Shown here: piece after piece, positions 16,842-27,066 of the stretch
Numbering within the stretch: position 1 is the stretch's first letter
Layout of the letters: each line of letters begins with the position of its first letter
IMG/VR virus record: IMGVR_UViG_3300027753_000007
Coordinates: 13,056-77,055 of that record
Length of the DNA stretch: 64,000 nt
Source: a virus
Taxonomy: Duplodnaviria > Caudoviricetes
Strand: one strand, 5' to 3'
Notes under the pieces: generated by a model
What the model saw: the letters and a program-made list of their open reading frames with translations, nothing else
What the model was told of the DNA's origin: nothing
Databases searched by the model: none
Translations under genes and position numbers: made by a program

Positions 16842-18461
16842 TTATCGGTTCGGATACTTTTTCTTGTATGCTGCTGAATTCTTAATTTCGGCGTCCCTTG
16901 CATCTGCTGCGCTTAGTTTCTTAGGTGCTTTCTTTTTCGCTGCAATATCTTTCCTTCTTTGGGTAGCAGAAACGCTTTTGTTTGACTTTCTAATAAACGT
17001 TGACATTTCGTGTGAATATCTATTTAGCACTTCCATTCGATCTTCAAATTGCGAGGGTGACTCCGACTCTTTAACCCAGCCAACAAGTTTCTTGAGATAT
17101 TGTGCGCGTCTATTAAATGCTATCACACTTGATGGATGCTCGCTAACCAACGTATTACGAACATCTGCAATCCATGTATCAATCACACTGTCAGACATAT
17201 TAGCACAGAAGTCAGTATATTCCTTCTCTATTGCCTGTTCCATCATCTCTTGCTCTAGGCGTTTGAAATATGGGAGTTTTGCAATAAATTTATACGTTGC
17301 AGTCCTTATATACTCTAGCGCATCATTGCGCAGAGCCTCTAGCGCGTTGGCCATATCGCCTTCAACTAGATTTTTTTTTCGATCTGCTTTTACGTAGTCG
17401 GCATATTCTCTAATATATTTTTCGTGTAATTCGCTTGTTGCTTCATCTACTTTTACACTAGTATACATAGGGTTGTCGCCATGCTTGGCTCCGCCTGGAC
17501 CAGCTTTGCGTGTTGGTGAGGATGTAGCACCCTTAGGGAAATAATCCTGTCCATCAGCAGTATGTTGGTCTTCGTAGCCGTTGCCGAGGTCTTCTTCAAT
17601 TTCTTCTTCCTCTTCGTTAAAACGATATCCGCTCCTTGCATACTCATCTTGGAAATCAAATTCATCAAAGTCTTCGTCGTCGCCAACGTCAACAATACGG
17701 TCATCAGGAGCATCGAACTCGTCGTCTTCTACAGTGTCGTACTTGCCCCTTGGCTTTGCTTCTTTAGGGCTGGCTAGATAATCTTCTTCTACTTCAAAAT
17801 CATCTTCGCGCACTTCCTCTACGTTCTCGTCACCTGGCGGGAACTTGCTAAGAAACTTAGCAGGTGCACTTTTACAACGCTTTGTAAATTCAAGCATAGT
17901 TGTTGAAGAACGCAAGTATTCGTGTAGTTCGTCGAGTGCGCCGTGCATAGCTTCCGCTTTTGGGTGTTCATCTGGAATCATTGATCCAAGCTGATCTATA
18001 ACATTCTGTGACTCGTTTTCGATAACATCTTTTATAACATCTTTGCCTGCGAGGCCGCTTAGTGCGTCTGCCATACGCGCCCGAATGTTAAAACCTTCGC
18101 GCACTTCCTCTACGTTCTCGTCACCTGATGAGAATGGGGACATTGTGCCTTCCTCATTATGTAGGCCAGCAAGCTTACGTAGATCATATAAATCCTTGTC
18201 CATATCATTTTCCTCAATTGCATCGCGGCTGAAGTTAGTAGCTAGTTCGCGTTGTTCTCTTGATAGTAAATCTTCTGATTCAAACTGGTCGAAATCAGGA
18301 CGCTTAAATTCACCAGTTACATCCTTCAAACCATGCTCACATGCTTCGCAGCCTTCTCCAAAGCAGTCTTGACAGACTTCGTAAGAGCCAGTGTGCTCGT
18401 TATCGTCGGAGTCAAATAAACCTTCGATGATCTTCCGCATTTCTCTAATATCTTTGCTCAT
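16842..18461 (-). CDS. Acidic prohead-core/internal head protein-like
   Basis: MRKIIEG, LRKLAGL motif, many x-x-E sites, basic C-terminus. Confidence 0.6.
   Translation of the reverse strand: MSKDIREMRKIIEGLFDSDDNEHTGSYEVCQDCFGEGCEACEHGLKDVTGEFKRPDFDQFESEDLLSREQRELATNFSRDAIEENDMDKDLYDLRKLAGLHNEEGTMSPFSSGDENVEEVREGFNIRARMADALSGLAGKDVIKDVIENESQNVIDQLGSMIPDEHPKAEAMHGALDELHEYLRSSTTMLEFTKRCKSAPAKFLSKFPPGDENVEEVREDDFEVEEDYLASPKEAKPRGKYDTVEDDEFDAPDDRIVDVGDDEDFDEFDFQDEYARSGYRFNEEEEEIEEDLGNGYEDQHTADGQDYFPKGATSSPTRKAGPGGAKHGDNPMYTSVKVDEATSELHEKYIREYADYVKADRKKNLVEGDMANALEALRNDALEYIRTATYKFIAKLPYFKRLEQEMMEQAIEKEYTDFCANMSDSVIDTWIADVRNTLVSEHPSSVIAFNRRAQYLKKLVGWVKESESPSQFEDRMEVLNRYSHEMSTFIRKSNKSVSATQRRKDIAAKKKAPKKLSAADARDAEIKNSAAYKKKYPNR
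17804..18127. repeat. 33-bp direct repeat (17804-17836 and 18095-18127) flanking an in-frame segment
   Basis: CTTCGCGCACTTCCTCTACGTTCTCGTCACCTG occurs twice, encoding GDENVEEVRE. Confidence 0.9.
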
Positions 18462-19085
18462 TTACTTCTTACCGCCTAGCACACTAAAGCCGCCCTTCTC
18501 ACCAACGTCATCCGCTGCTACGCCTGCACGATCTGTAGTCTGCTTAGGCATTAGTGGATTTTCGATGATGGTTGGCTCGCGTTCATCGCGCTCATCTGCA
18601 AGCTCTTTTAGGAACTTGTCGTTATAGGCTTTACCGTACAATGGCTTTTCACCATCGTCTTCGTATTCTGTGCCCATAACTGGTTTGTAATTGGCTTTGA
18701 ATGTTGGGTCAAGGCGTGCCAGCATTTCTTCTGTGTACGCATCTCGAGGATCCTTTGCATTATATACAGCAATGCCTTGTTGGTTTACACCAACCTTATC
18801 GCACAAATATACACGTAGCATATCTGACGCTGCTGGATATCCTAGCACGACTTCGACAATATGTACTTCTGTATTACGCACATTTGGGAAGTCCAATGGG
18901 TTCTCTTGGATTGGTGTGCTTTTCCACGCACCAATTGACCGTAGGTCATACTTAGTCAACGCCTGTTCAAGCGCATCCTTCATATCACTCGTAAACTCAT
19001 TTACAGCAAACTTGAGTTTATATGTATACTCTTTTGCTGATTCCGTTAGATAATAATCTTTAAAATTTTTGCCCATGAAAAGCAT
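18462..19085 (-). CDS. Probable virion structural protein
   Basis: KNFKDYYLTES N-terminus; late promoter at 19104. Confidence 0.6.
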   Translation of the reverse strand: MLFMGKNFKDYYLTESAKEYTYKLKFAVNEFTSDMKDALEQALTKYDLRSIGAWKSTPIQENPLDFPNVRNTEVHIVEVVLGYPAASDMLRVYLCDKVGVNQQGIAVYNAKDPRDAYTEEMLARLDPTFKANYKPVMGTEYEDDGEKPLYGKAYNDKFLKELADERDEREPTIIENPLMPKQTTDRAGVAADDVGEKGGFSVLGGKK

Positions 19086-19135
19086 CCTCGTTTTATATCG
19101 TAGTATTTATCAATTACGCAAGAAAAAGGCGAGAT

Positions 19136-19606
19136 TTATCGTTCGCGAATATGTTTGAGCAATTCGTTGCGGTCGAATTCAGCACCTGAGGATGTTGGGT
19201 CTGCGACTCCGGCGGGGTGGCTTCTCTTGACATCTAAATCTAGTTTTGCCTTCTTCAATTGTAGCTCAACCATTTTTATTTTGCGATTGGTTTTAGAGTC
19301 CCTCGCTTCCATTGCTGTCTTTAGCATGGTAGCAGCGGCTTCCATCATCTTCGCAGCATGAGCATCGTGGCTGCTAAGTGCCAGTTCCTTACATTCTTCG
19401 TACGTTTCAAATGCAGCATCAAAGATTTCGTCCATCTCTTTGTCGTGCATGTGGAGGTCGCCAACAGTCGCTAATGCGTGTTCAATTTTCTCAGTAACCG
19501 TAATGGCGTTCATTACTTCCGATTCAACATTGGTTGTTGGTTCGGTTTCAGGTTCATCTTCTTGCATTGGGGCAAGGTCAAATACTTCTTCCAGTCGCTT
19601 TGTCAT
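19136..19606 (-). CDS. Helical late protein, possible small terminase subunit
   Basis: All-helical, late promoter, near terL and gp4; function inferred from context only. Confidence 0.35.
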   Translation of the reverse strand: MTKRLEEVFDLAPMQEDEPETEPTTNVESEVMNAITVTEKIEHALATVGDLHMHDKEMDEIFDAAFETYEECKELALSSHDAHAAKMMEAAATMLKTAMEARDSKTNRKIKMVELQLKKAKLDLDVKRSHPAGVADPTSSGAEFDRNELLKHIRER

Positions 19607-19624
19607 ACTAGTATTTATACACTT

Positions 19625-20065
19625 TTATCTTTTGTGGTTCACAAAAATGTCACTTTCATTGATAATCTTGAAAGTTAGACCGTGTTTTTTGCACCAGGAT
19701 GCCGCAGCTTTCCATTTAGCAGCATTGATAGCGAGACTTACTTTATCGTAGCGGGATTTAGCTTCCGCTACAAATGTTTGTGAAGCTGGTTTGACCTCAA
19801 TCAGTTCTTGATGACGATTACCCTTGGAATCTTCATACACCATCAAAAAGTCAGGCACGTACATGCTGCCTTTGCGTGTTACAGGATTCAAATATGGGAT
19901 TCGGATGCTCTCACTTGCCCAGCTAATAACGCTAGAGTGCTTATCCGCCATACGCATAAACGCAAGCTCCCATGTGCTGCGATAGACGATAGGATATGTA
20001 CCAACATATTTTCCGGGGTTTGTTGGTGTGAATTTTCCGTTTAGTGCTTTACGTCTACTAGCCAT
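19625..20065 (-). CDS. 4: Head completion nuclease, T4 gp4-like
   Basis: GKFTPTNPGKYVG, YRSTWE, WASE, YVPDF, IEVKP, NAAKWKAA. Confidence 0.88.
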   Translation of the reverse strand: MASRRKALNGKFTPTNPGKYVGTYPIVYRSTWELAFMRMADKHSSVISWASESIRIPYLNPVTRKGSMYVPDFLMVYEDSKGNRHQELIEVKPASQTFVAEAKSRYDKVSLAINAAKWKAAASWCKKHGLTFKIINESDIFVNHKR

Positions 20066-20517
20066 TACGGGATCAAATACCTTGATCGTAGGCTCAATGA
20101 ATTATCTACTGCAACTGAACCTGATAATTGGTTTGTCGAATCACGCAGTTGGTTGATGTATTTATATGTCTCAGCGGATAGCAATGAAAGTTGGCTGCTG
20201 TTGGTGCTCTCAATTAGAGACATTACGCTAACGCCTTGTGCTTTTGCAGCGTCAACAAACACCAGTGCCATAGCCTTTGCAGCTAGCGGTGATGCACCGA
20301 GGCGTTCTAAGTGGCCTAGTGCTGATTGGTAGTCGTGTATATTTACGGATGCTGGTGTAAGGCCCTTTGTTAGGAAGCGTTGTACGTCTGCGGCCATAGG
20401 TGTTTCGCCACCTTGGCCATCTGAAACTAGATTGGAAAGTTTTCCGCCTGCTTGCTGTGCCTTGACACCTGCGCCAAAGAACCGTACTAACGATGTGCTG
20501 ACGCGATTAACGGTCAT
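20065..20517 (-). CDS. Hypothetical tail/baseplate protein
   Basis: Translationally coupled within the tail operon. Confidence 0.55.
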   Translation of the reverse strand: MTVNRVSTSLVRFFGAGVKAQQAGGKLSNLVSDGQGGETPMAADVQRFLTKGLTPASVNIHDYQSALGHLERLGASPLAAKAMALVFVDAAKAQGVSVMSLIESTNSSQLSLLSAETYKYINQLRDSTNQLSGSVAVDNSLSLRSRYLIP

Positions 20518-21782
20518 TATCCACCACCGCCACCTGTACCGCGTGTTGGTGGATCTTGGGATGCGTTTGGTGTAGCTTCCGATGGTGTGGTTGTTGTAAT
20601 GCCGCTAACTACGCTAGTCACCGCACCAGACACAGTAGACTGGAAATTATTTCGGGCAGTATTGTAAACGCTGCGGCTAATTTGATTCGCCGTGGTTCGT
20701 AATGCCTGCACTGGGTCAGGATTGAGAGATACCGTGCCTCCGAAAATGCTAGCGGATACTACTGTGCCAATGGCATCTGGGATTGCTCCTACTATGCCGC
20801 TAATGGAATCTTCAACTCTTGCTACGTTCTCTTGTCCTATAACTCTCGTAATTGTTGATCCGAGAGGACTAGAAAGGAAATTATCCACACCCGCAAAGTT
20901 TGTTGAAGAGGTTCCGTCGCAATTGACAGTTGGTAGTTGTGGCTCTGGTGATCCAAGATCACGACCGTTCACTGGGGTTCTGATGGTTATTAGGTTCGCC
21001 ATCTCCCAGAAGTCTCCGTACTTATAACGGTCTAATTCGTCAGCGTTTAGCGGTTGATTCACGTTAGAGTAAATTACGTCTTCGTATTCAAAATCCATAC
21101 TCATTTGTACTAAGCCAGACACATCTTCATAGTCTAGTGTATCGTGTGTAAACTGCCTAATACGTGGACGAATTATAGTTGTGCGGGAGAACCTACCGCC
21201 GTGTACTTGGTAAATGTCAATACTTTCTATTAGGTATTTGTTGTCACCAACACGCGCTAAATTATAACCAAAATTATCATTAAACTTGTCAGTAATAATG
21301 TCGTTTAAGAATTCAGTACGTTCAAGTCGGCGACCATCTGAGCCAGCAGTCTTTTGTTTTGCTAAACCGTCTTTGAAATAGTATTCATAATACATTTCCC
21401 ACAGTCGAAGGGTTCGACCTTCGACTGAATCATGGAATGTAATTGTGATGGGATTAAAGTTTAATCGTTTTTGCGATATGCGTTTCTTATTATACTGGTT
21501 TAGTATATCAGTGTCCATTGTCATTGACGGCATTATAATGGATTTGACCATTGTAGATACCATGCTTTGATCGGCGTCTGTTAAAAAGCTCCTTACAAAC
21601 TCTCGTACTTCTCTGTTTTGATCAAAGTTAACACGGACAAAGAATTCAAACTTATGGCGAGGCGTCCCATTGCTGAGATCTGATTTATTAAGACCAAAGG
21701 CTTCAACAGCATGATGGGTGTCGCGTAAGCGAACCGTTTGCCCAAAGATGCTGCTGAAGATGCCCTCAAACTGCGCCGCCAT
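20517..21782 (-). CDS. Tail tube-like / tube initiator protein
   Basis: gp19-fold features: VKSIIMPS, NQYNKKRI, PITITFHD, FTHDTLDY; follows the tube gene. Confidence 0.65.
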   Translation of the reverse strand: MAAQFEGIFSSIFGQTVRLRDTHHAVEAFGLNKSDLSNGTPRHKFEFFVRVNFDQNREVREFVRSFLTDADQSMVSTMVKSIIMPSMTMDTDILNQYNKKRISQKRLNFNPITITFHDSVEGRTLRLWEMYYEYYFKDGLAKQKTAGSDGRRLERTEFLNDIITDKFNDNFGYNLARVGDNKYLIESIDIYQVHGGRFSRTTIIRPRIRQFTHDTLDYEDVSGLVQMSMDFEYEDVIYSNVNQPLNADELDRYKYGDFWEMANLITIRTPVNGRDLGSPEPQLPTVNCDGTSSTNFAGVDNFLSSPLGSTITRVIGQENVARVEDSISGIVGAIPDAIGTVVSASIFGGTVSLNPDPVQALRTTANQISRSVYNTARNNFQSTVSGAVTSVVSGITTTTPSEATPNASQDPPTRGTGGGGG

Positions 21783-21795
21783 ATTAGGCCCCTAA

Positions 21796-22416
21796 TTAAC
21801 CTACGGTTGTGCCGCCAGTAAAGCCATCCAATATATTCGGCATTGGATCACCACCGACTGTTGTACCATCGTTATCATTCGGACCAGATAGTAGTGTTGC
21901 GTTGTCATAACGAACCGTTAATTGCAACTTCATGTATTCAGCACCACTCTCATAGTTATACTCATTAGCAACTACGTTAGTTAAGAAGCATCCTGTTAAT
22001 TCCCAAGACTCTAATTCTTCAGCGTTTGTGCCATCTAACGTATGAATCTGCATACCAAACTTATAGTTCGTACCAGCAACTGGACCAATCTGTTCGTAAT
22101 GGTTCATTTGACGCTGTACCTGAGAATATACGGCAGATGCAATAGCACCTGTAATATCGTCCCTAACTACTAGGTCAATTGGTTGCCAGGCATGCTTACC
22201 CATTACATATGCAATGGAGTTGTAAGAATGTACTGCGGCTTCCTCATGCGTTATGGAAGGCCTTACAACAGACTGTACGTTAGCTGTAAGCTCGCGAAGA
22301 TTATTATTAGTTCCAAAGTTATTAAAAATAACGCGGAAGCGATATGCCATTCTTGGCTGTAGCATACCTTGCTTGACGCCATCAAGTGGCACGCCAAATT
22401 TACTTAAATCACCCAT
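21796..22416 (-). CDS. 19: Tail tube protein, gp19-like
   Basis: QPRMAYRFRV, GKHAWQPIDLVVRDD, WELTGCF, LTVRYDNA; follows the sheath. Confidence 0.85.
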   Translation of the reverse strand: MGDLSKFGVPLDGVKQGMLQPRMAYRFRVIFNNFGTNNNLRELTANVQSVVRPSITHEEAAVHSYNSIAYVMGKHAWQPIDLVVRDDITGAIASAVYSQVQRQMNHYEQIGPVAGTNYKFGMQIHTLDGTNAEELESWELTGCFLTNVVANEYNYESGAEYMKLQLTVRYDNATLLSGPNDNDGTTVGGDPMPNILDGFTGGTTVG

Positions 22417-22540
22417 CTAAATGTTCTCCTAATTGAACAATTGTGTATTTACTAATTATTTATCACTTTCTAGCAATTTTTATTCCAGGCATAAAGAAAG
22501 CGACATAAAGCCGCTTTCTCTATTCGTGTGAGCCCAATAA

Positions 22541-25381
22541 TTAGGCTAAGCTTTCACCTGTATTACGAATCCTTATTGGAATGTAAATGAACTCAACTGC
22601 CTTGACTGGCTGTATAGCAATGTCAATCCATAGCTCGTTGCGGTCGATTCTAGCTGGTGTGTTATTTGATTCATCACACACTACTAGGAACGCATACAGA
22701 CCACGGAGTGTTACAAGTTCAGCTAGGAAGCTATCGAACTGTGCCTTAACAGCATCGCGCGTTGTGGTATCATTTGGCTCAAATAGGAATGGCTGACCTA
22801 GTACCTCAGATTGGAACCTAACAAAGTTAGTCAACCTAGCTACATTGATCCTATCCAATGCCGATTCAACTGGATTACGTGTCTTTTGACCATATACAAC
22901 TAGTCCGCGACCAGAGATATAAGCAATTGGATTCACCTTATTGGTGTACAATACATCTCTCTGACCTTGGTTTAGTGTAACTGGTGTGTACTCGTCTTCA
23001 CTTGTTAGGTAACCAACGCTTGCAGCGTTAGAGACTAGACCGCGTGAGAAGCCAGCTGGAGCAAACCACTGATATGCAACCTGGTCGTTATAGGCCATTG
23101 TGCGTAGTACAATGTGGGATGCTGGTGCAACCACTTCGCTGCCGTCAACATTTGCTGTCAAGCACGATGGGTAGTAGACACCTAAGTAAGCACTATTGGT
23201 TACCAAACCATCATCGCCTGTGCTTGCAGCATTGTTAGCATTTGTTGCCCAATTCTGCAGGTCAGTTGTGTTTGAGGATAGGTGGAATGGTGAGTCACCA
23301 ATAACGAACGCTGTCTCTTTACGATCTACGTTCAATGCAAGCATCTCGTCCATTAGCTCTGGGAAACCAGGAGCAGCAATTAGGTTAAAGAACACTGTCT
23401 CAGCGCGGATATCTTCATTGGAAGCAATTACGCTTGCCATTGCATCAATCACAATACGCTTCACTGCGTCTTGACCCATATATGGGCTACCGTCGGCCTG
23501 TAAGCCACTTGCCGATACCCAGCGGTCTACGTTAGCTGATGAGTATGTTGTTGCGTTTTGTGTCCACACCTTAACATTACGACCGCTTGCGCGTGTATTA
23601 AATAGCAATGTACCAACTGGGTATGCAGCAGGAAGCGGCGCATCTCCATCTAATGTAGCCGTAGATGCAGCAGTTCCACTACCTGGAACATTTGCAGCGG
23701 CGCGAGCATCAGCAAAAATGATACCGTTTGGAGTAGTTTGATCAGCGTTGTCGATCAATACCCACTCGGTGCTCGCAAGGACATACCTACGTATTACCGG
23801 ATAACCAGTTAGTTGATCTGTTTCAACCCATAGCTCATCACCTGCTAGTGCAGTTCCATCTAGCTGTGTTGTTGGTTCATCGGATTGTACAAGAATCAAA
23901 TTAGGATCAATGTCATTCCATGCTGAACCAATCTTCTCCATTATGTCAACCGTAAAGCTAGGATCATACCAGTATGTTCCGTATGCTGCGGTTGTTGTTG
24001 GAGCCGTTAAACTTACAGCTAACGTTGAGTCATATGTAGCTAACTCGACCATATTAGACGCTAGTACGCCAAGGCCACCAGAACCTGTATAAGCTACAGC
24101 ACCTACACAAGCGGTTGTCAGACCCATATCTGTAAGAGGAGTTCCAACACCGTTATATAAATAAATATCTTCACCTGCTGTGTTAGTTAATACTATAGCA
24201 CCATTAGCAGATGTCTTACTTGCGACTACATTAGCTGGTGGTGTTGCATTGATTAGTTGAACTAACTGGTCAATAGTTTCGTCACCAGCCAACGTAATGA
24301 TTTGGCCGTTTATATAAAAAGTATCAGAACCAGTTAATGTACCTGTTGTAAAACCAGTTACTAAGCCAGTTATTGTAGTTGTCGATTGACCGTTGTGACG
24401 GTAAAAAGTTAATGTTGCTACTGGAGTTGCAGTCTCACCAGTATGATCATTATACAAACCAATTAATGTCCCTGCTGCTACAGAACTACCAGCATTAGCG
24501 GTGTAAAAATTGGCGCCGCGTCCATCGCCGCCGCCTATGCTATATTCATACCAAGTAGGTGAGGTTTGTGTCACAAACTGACCTAATGTCGAATCCCACA
24601 TCTTAATAGACGTACTTAATCCAGCGTTTGGTGTTGTGGTCTTAACCCAACGATCTTGAATACTAGGTGTTGGAGTCGGAACAGACGTATGAGGGGAAAC
24701 AAACACAGAACCAGCAGTATTCACTACCGACCAAGCATCGCCACCAATCATAAGCCAGGCGCCGCCAAGGCGTTCAAAATATGTTATTGTAGAGGTAGAA
24801 AATGAATCATTAATAGCAGCCAAAAAATCACCATTAACAAATCCTGAGGACGGTAGTGTGTCACCGTCGTTGACTACACCATCGTAAAACGTTACTGTCT
24901 GCTCTTCCCAAACACCAGTACTGGTAGCAGAGTTCCAAGAGAACAAACCAGGGACAAAGTTATTCATGTCAACCCAGTATGTGCCATTAGCTGGATCACC
25001 AGCAGGCTCAGTTGCAGTAGGTTCTAGTTCAGCAAGGTCAACGTCTGCACGTACTACGTATGCTCTGTTAGCAACGCCTAAATACGAGTATGCAGCTAAC
25101 AAGCCGTACTCATTTAGTGCATAACCATGCTGTGAGGTTCCACCAACTTCATTGAAGTCTGGGTTACCGAAGGTCTGTAATAGCTCTCTTTGACTACTAA
25201 TCAAAAATAAGCTGTCTGCGCTTGCAGCAGTTGTGCCGGACGCCACGGCTGTACCGTCTGGCGTAGCCTTATCCTGCTTTGTCGCAATAAAAATCATTGG
25301 GACTGTACCCGGTCCTGCTGAAGAGTAAAAACTCTCGTCGGTTACCGTTACACTTACTCCTGGGCTAACAATCGTTGCCAT
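22541..25381 (-). CDS. 18: Tail sheath protein, gp18-like
   Basis: SPGVSVTVTDES N-terminus; WFAPAG, LYTNKVNPI, GQKT, DRINVARL, FEPND, AVEFIYI C-terminus. Confidence 0.95.
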   Translation of the reverse strand: MATIVSPGVSVTVTDESFYSSAGPGTVPMIFIATKQDKATPDGTAVASGTTAASADSLFLISSQRELLQTFGNPDFNEVGGTSQHGYALNEYGLLAAYSYLGVANRAYVVRADVDLAELEPTATEPAGDPANGTYWVDMNNFVPGLFSWNSATSTGVWEEQTVTFYDGVVNDGDTLPSSGFVNGDFLAAINDSFSTSTITYFERLGGAWLMIGGDAWSVVNTAGSVFVSPHTSVPTPTPSIQDRWVKTTTPNAGLSTSIKMWDSTLGQFVTQTSPTWYEYSIGGGDGRGANFYTANAGSSVAAGTLIGLYNDHTGETATPVATLTFYRHNGQSTTTITGLVTGFTTGTLTGSDTFYINGQIITLAGDETIDQLVQLINATPPANVVASKTSANGAIVLTNTAGEDIYLYNGVGTPLTDMGLTTACVGAVAYTGSGGLGVLASNMVELATYDSTLAVSLTAPTTTAAYGTYWYDPSFTVDIMEKIGSAWNDIDPNLILVQSDEPTTQLDGTALAGDELWVETDQLTGYPVIRRYVLASTEWVLIDNADQTTPNGIIFADARAAANVPGSGTAASTATLDGDAPLPAAYPVGTLLFNTRASGRNVKVWTQNATTYSSANVDRWVSASGLQADGSPYMGQDAVKRIVIDAMASVIASNEDIRAETVFFNLIAAPGFPELMDEMLALNVDRKETAFVIGDSPFHLSSNTTDLQNWATNANNAASTGDDGLVTNSAYLGVYYPSCLTANVDGSEVVAPASHIVLRTMAYNDQVAYQWFAPAGFSRGLVSNAASVGYLTSEDEYTPVTLNQGQRDVLYTNKVNPIAYISGRGLVVYGQKTRNPVESALDRINVARLTNFVRFQSEVLGQPFLFEPNDTTTRDAVKAQFDSFLAELVTLRGLYAFLVVCDESNNTPARIDRNELWIDIAIQPVKAVEFIYIPIRIRNTGESLA

Positions 25382-25457
25382 GTTGTACTCCTATTATTAA
25401 GAAATCCTGTTACAGGTATTTATCAATACATCATGCAAAAGGGCGTGTTATAAACTT

Positions 25458-26273
25458 CTAATTTTCGACTATCGCTTGTATAAGCTGTTCAAAATTTGTT
25501 TTGACAACTTCTTGGGCTTTTTTATCGTCTCCTAATTCGTTAACCATTTTCTTATAAAAATATATTAGGTCTTTATAGATACGTTCAGTTGTGGTAGAAC
25601 TGTAGATTCCTACTTCTGGATCTGCATATTCATTTCCTTGATCTTGCTCATCTTGTTGTTCTTGTTCAGCTTCTTGGGCTTTTTTCTGAATGGCTCCCAT
25701 ACCATTTGTTTGTACCGCGTGTTTCATTACTGCTTTGATGATGCCTGGGACTTTATCGCGTGGGACAAATGGTTGGTCATCCTCAAGATTTTCTAAAACG
25801 AGAGTACCTTGATTCAAACCGTGCCACATAGATTCTAACGATAGGTTATCGCCATCTTCGGAGTTCTCATCAAAATTGAACCCGTACTGGAAACCCGCTG
25901 CCAATTTGTCGGTTTCATCTGAAACTTCCGCACTCACTTTTTGGTTTGCTATCTTATTTAGTATGACATCGCCACTCTTGCCGTATCCTTGATCATAGAA
26001 AAACTTCTTCAAGGTTGCAAGATCAGTTGTCCAGTTTGCTTCAGGGCCTTCCTCATCTAAATCTTGTGCTGATTTAGCAAATGGACGAAAAGCCCTATAC
26101 AATCTGTTCATCTCGGACTCGAGTGCATCTTGAGCACCCGCTTCACTACGAGATTGTTTGCTTATAGGGTTTAGTTTGCTGGCTTTAGTTTTTAGACGAG
26201 TCTTCCAATCGACCATATCTGCTTCAAGCAAATCGGTAATTGGCTGCTCGTGGGATAAATCTTGTATTCTCAT
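25458..26273 (-). CDS. Late protein, possible internal head protein
   Basis: MRIQDL..DLLEA N-terminus; late promoter at 26279. Confidence 0.5.
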   Translation of the reverse strand: MRIQDLSHEQPITDLLEADMVDWKTRLKTKASKLNPISKQSRSEAGAQDALESEMNRLYRAFRPFAKSAQDLDEEGPEANWTTDLATLKKFFYDQGYGKSGDVILNKIANQKVSAEVSDETDKLAAGFQYGFNFDENSEDGDNLSLESMWHGLNQGTLVLENLEDDQPFVPRDKVPGIIKAVMKHAVQTNGMGAIQKKAQEAEQEQQDEQDQGNEYADPEVGIYSSTTTERIYKDLIYFYKKMVNELGDDKKAQEVVKTNFEQLIQAIVEN

Positions 26274-26294
26274 ACAAGTATTTATCTAAAATAA

Positions 26295-26921
26295 TTAGAA
26301 TCCGTACTTGTTTACGAGGGTTTGAACCGCTAATTCTAAGTCTTCTAACGTGCCATCATTGTGTATTACTTCGTCTGGCGTAGTATTTACCCAAGACCAT
26401 TCGCTTGCATGGACGTTAGAATACATGGTGTCCATCATGTCTATAGCTATTGGACAACCGTCGCAAGCGTCCATTGCTGTAGTCCACCATTCGGGTTTCG
26501 GGCCGCGATCCACACGTATTACAATGCCACCAGCTTTCCGTATAACAGCAACCTCGTTGGGAAAACGTGCATCGCTAATTACAAGACCTGTTTTAGGTGC
26601 CCGTCTAAGCAGGCTCAGTACCCAAATATCTTTGTGGAAGTGGTTTCGCATAACATCTGTGCCCATTAACTGTAACGCTAAACGTGGACTAAAATTTGGT
26701 ATGCCTAATTTATCTGACCACCATTCATCTGTTTGCTCACGCATCACCCTATGTTCAGCAGTCTTGCCTTCCAACATGGCGCGGTCCCAGCAAAAGAGTG
26801 TTGCGCACATATCTTTTAACGTGCTTGCAAAACTATCTTGATGAAAATTGTGGTTGTTGTGCAGAATTTCTGCAACGGTGTTTTTGCCTGATCCTATTGA
26901 TCCAAGTATTCCTATAATCAT
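26295..26921 (-). CDS. 1: Deoxynucleoside monophosphate kinase, T4 gp1-like
   Basis: IIGILGSIGSGKNT, SFASTLK, PRLALQLMGTD, ISDARFPNE, HASE. Confidence 0.9.
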   Translation of the reverse strand: MIIGILGSIGSGKNTVAEILHNNHNFHQDSFASTLKDMCATLFCWDRAMLEGKTAEHRVMREQTDEWWSDKLGIPNFSPRLALQLMGTDVMRNHFHKDIWVLSLLRRAPKTGLVISDARFPNEVAVIRKAGGIVIRVDRGPKPEWWTTAMDACDGCPIAIDMMDTMYSNVHASEWSWVNTTPDEVIHNDGTLEDLELAVQTLVNKYGF

Positions 26922-26927
26922 GTTGCT

Positions 26928-26956
26928 ATTATACAATACTATCTGAGGTTTGTCAA
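26928..26956 (-). promoter_or_regulatory. Sigma70-type promoter
   Basis: TTGACA-17-TATAAT. Confidence 0.85.
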
Positions 26957-27066
26957 GTCCGTTCCCAAATTAAAAACAATAAAATTATAGATAAACACAC
27001 ACCACTTATGCTGCCGTACCATGCAAACCAGAATAAGATGAGGGTGCCGATGGCAATTAGGATCAT

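Noticed and set aside
1107-25381. Inteins, introns or homing endonucleases in uvsW, uvsX, terL or the sheath gene
   Set aside because: Lengths and motif spacing are normal; no LAGLIDADG, HNH, GIY-YIG or Hint signatures seen
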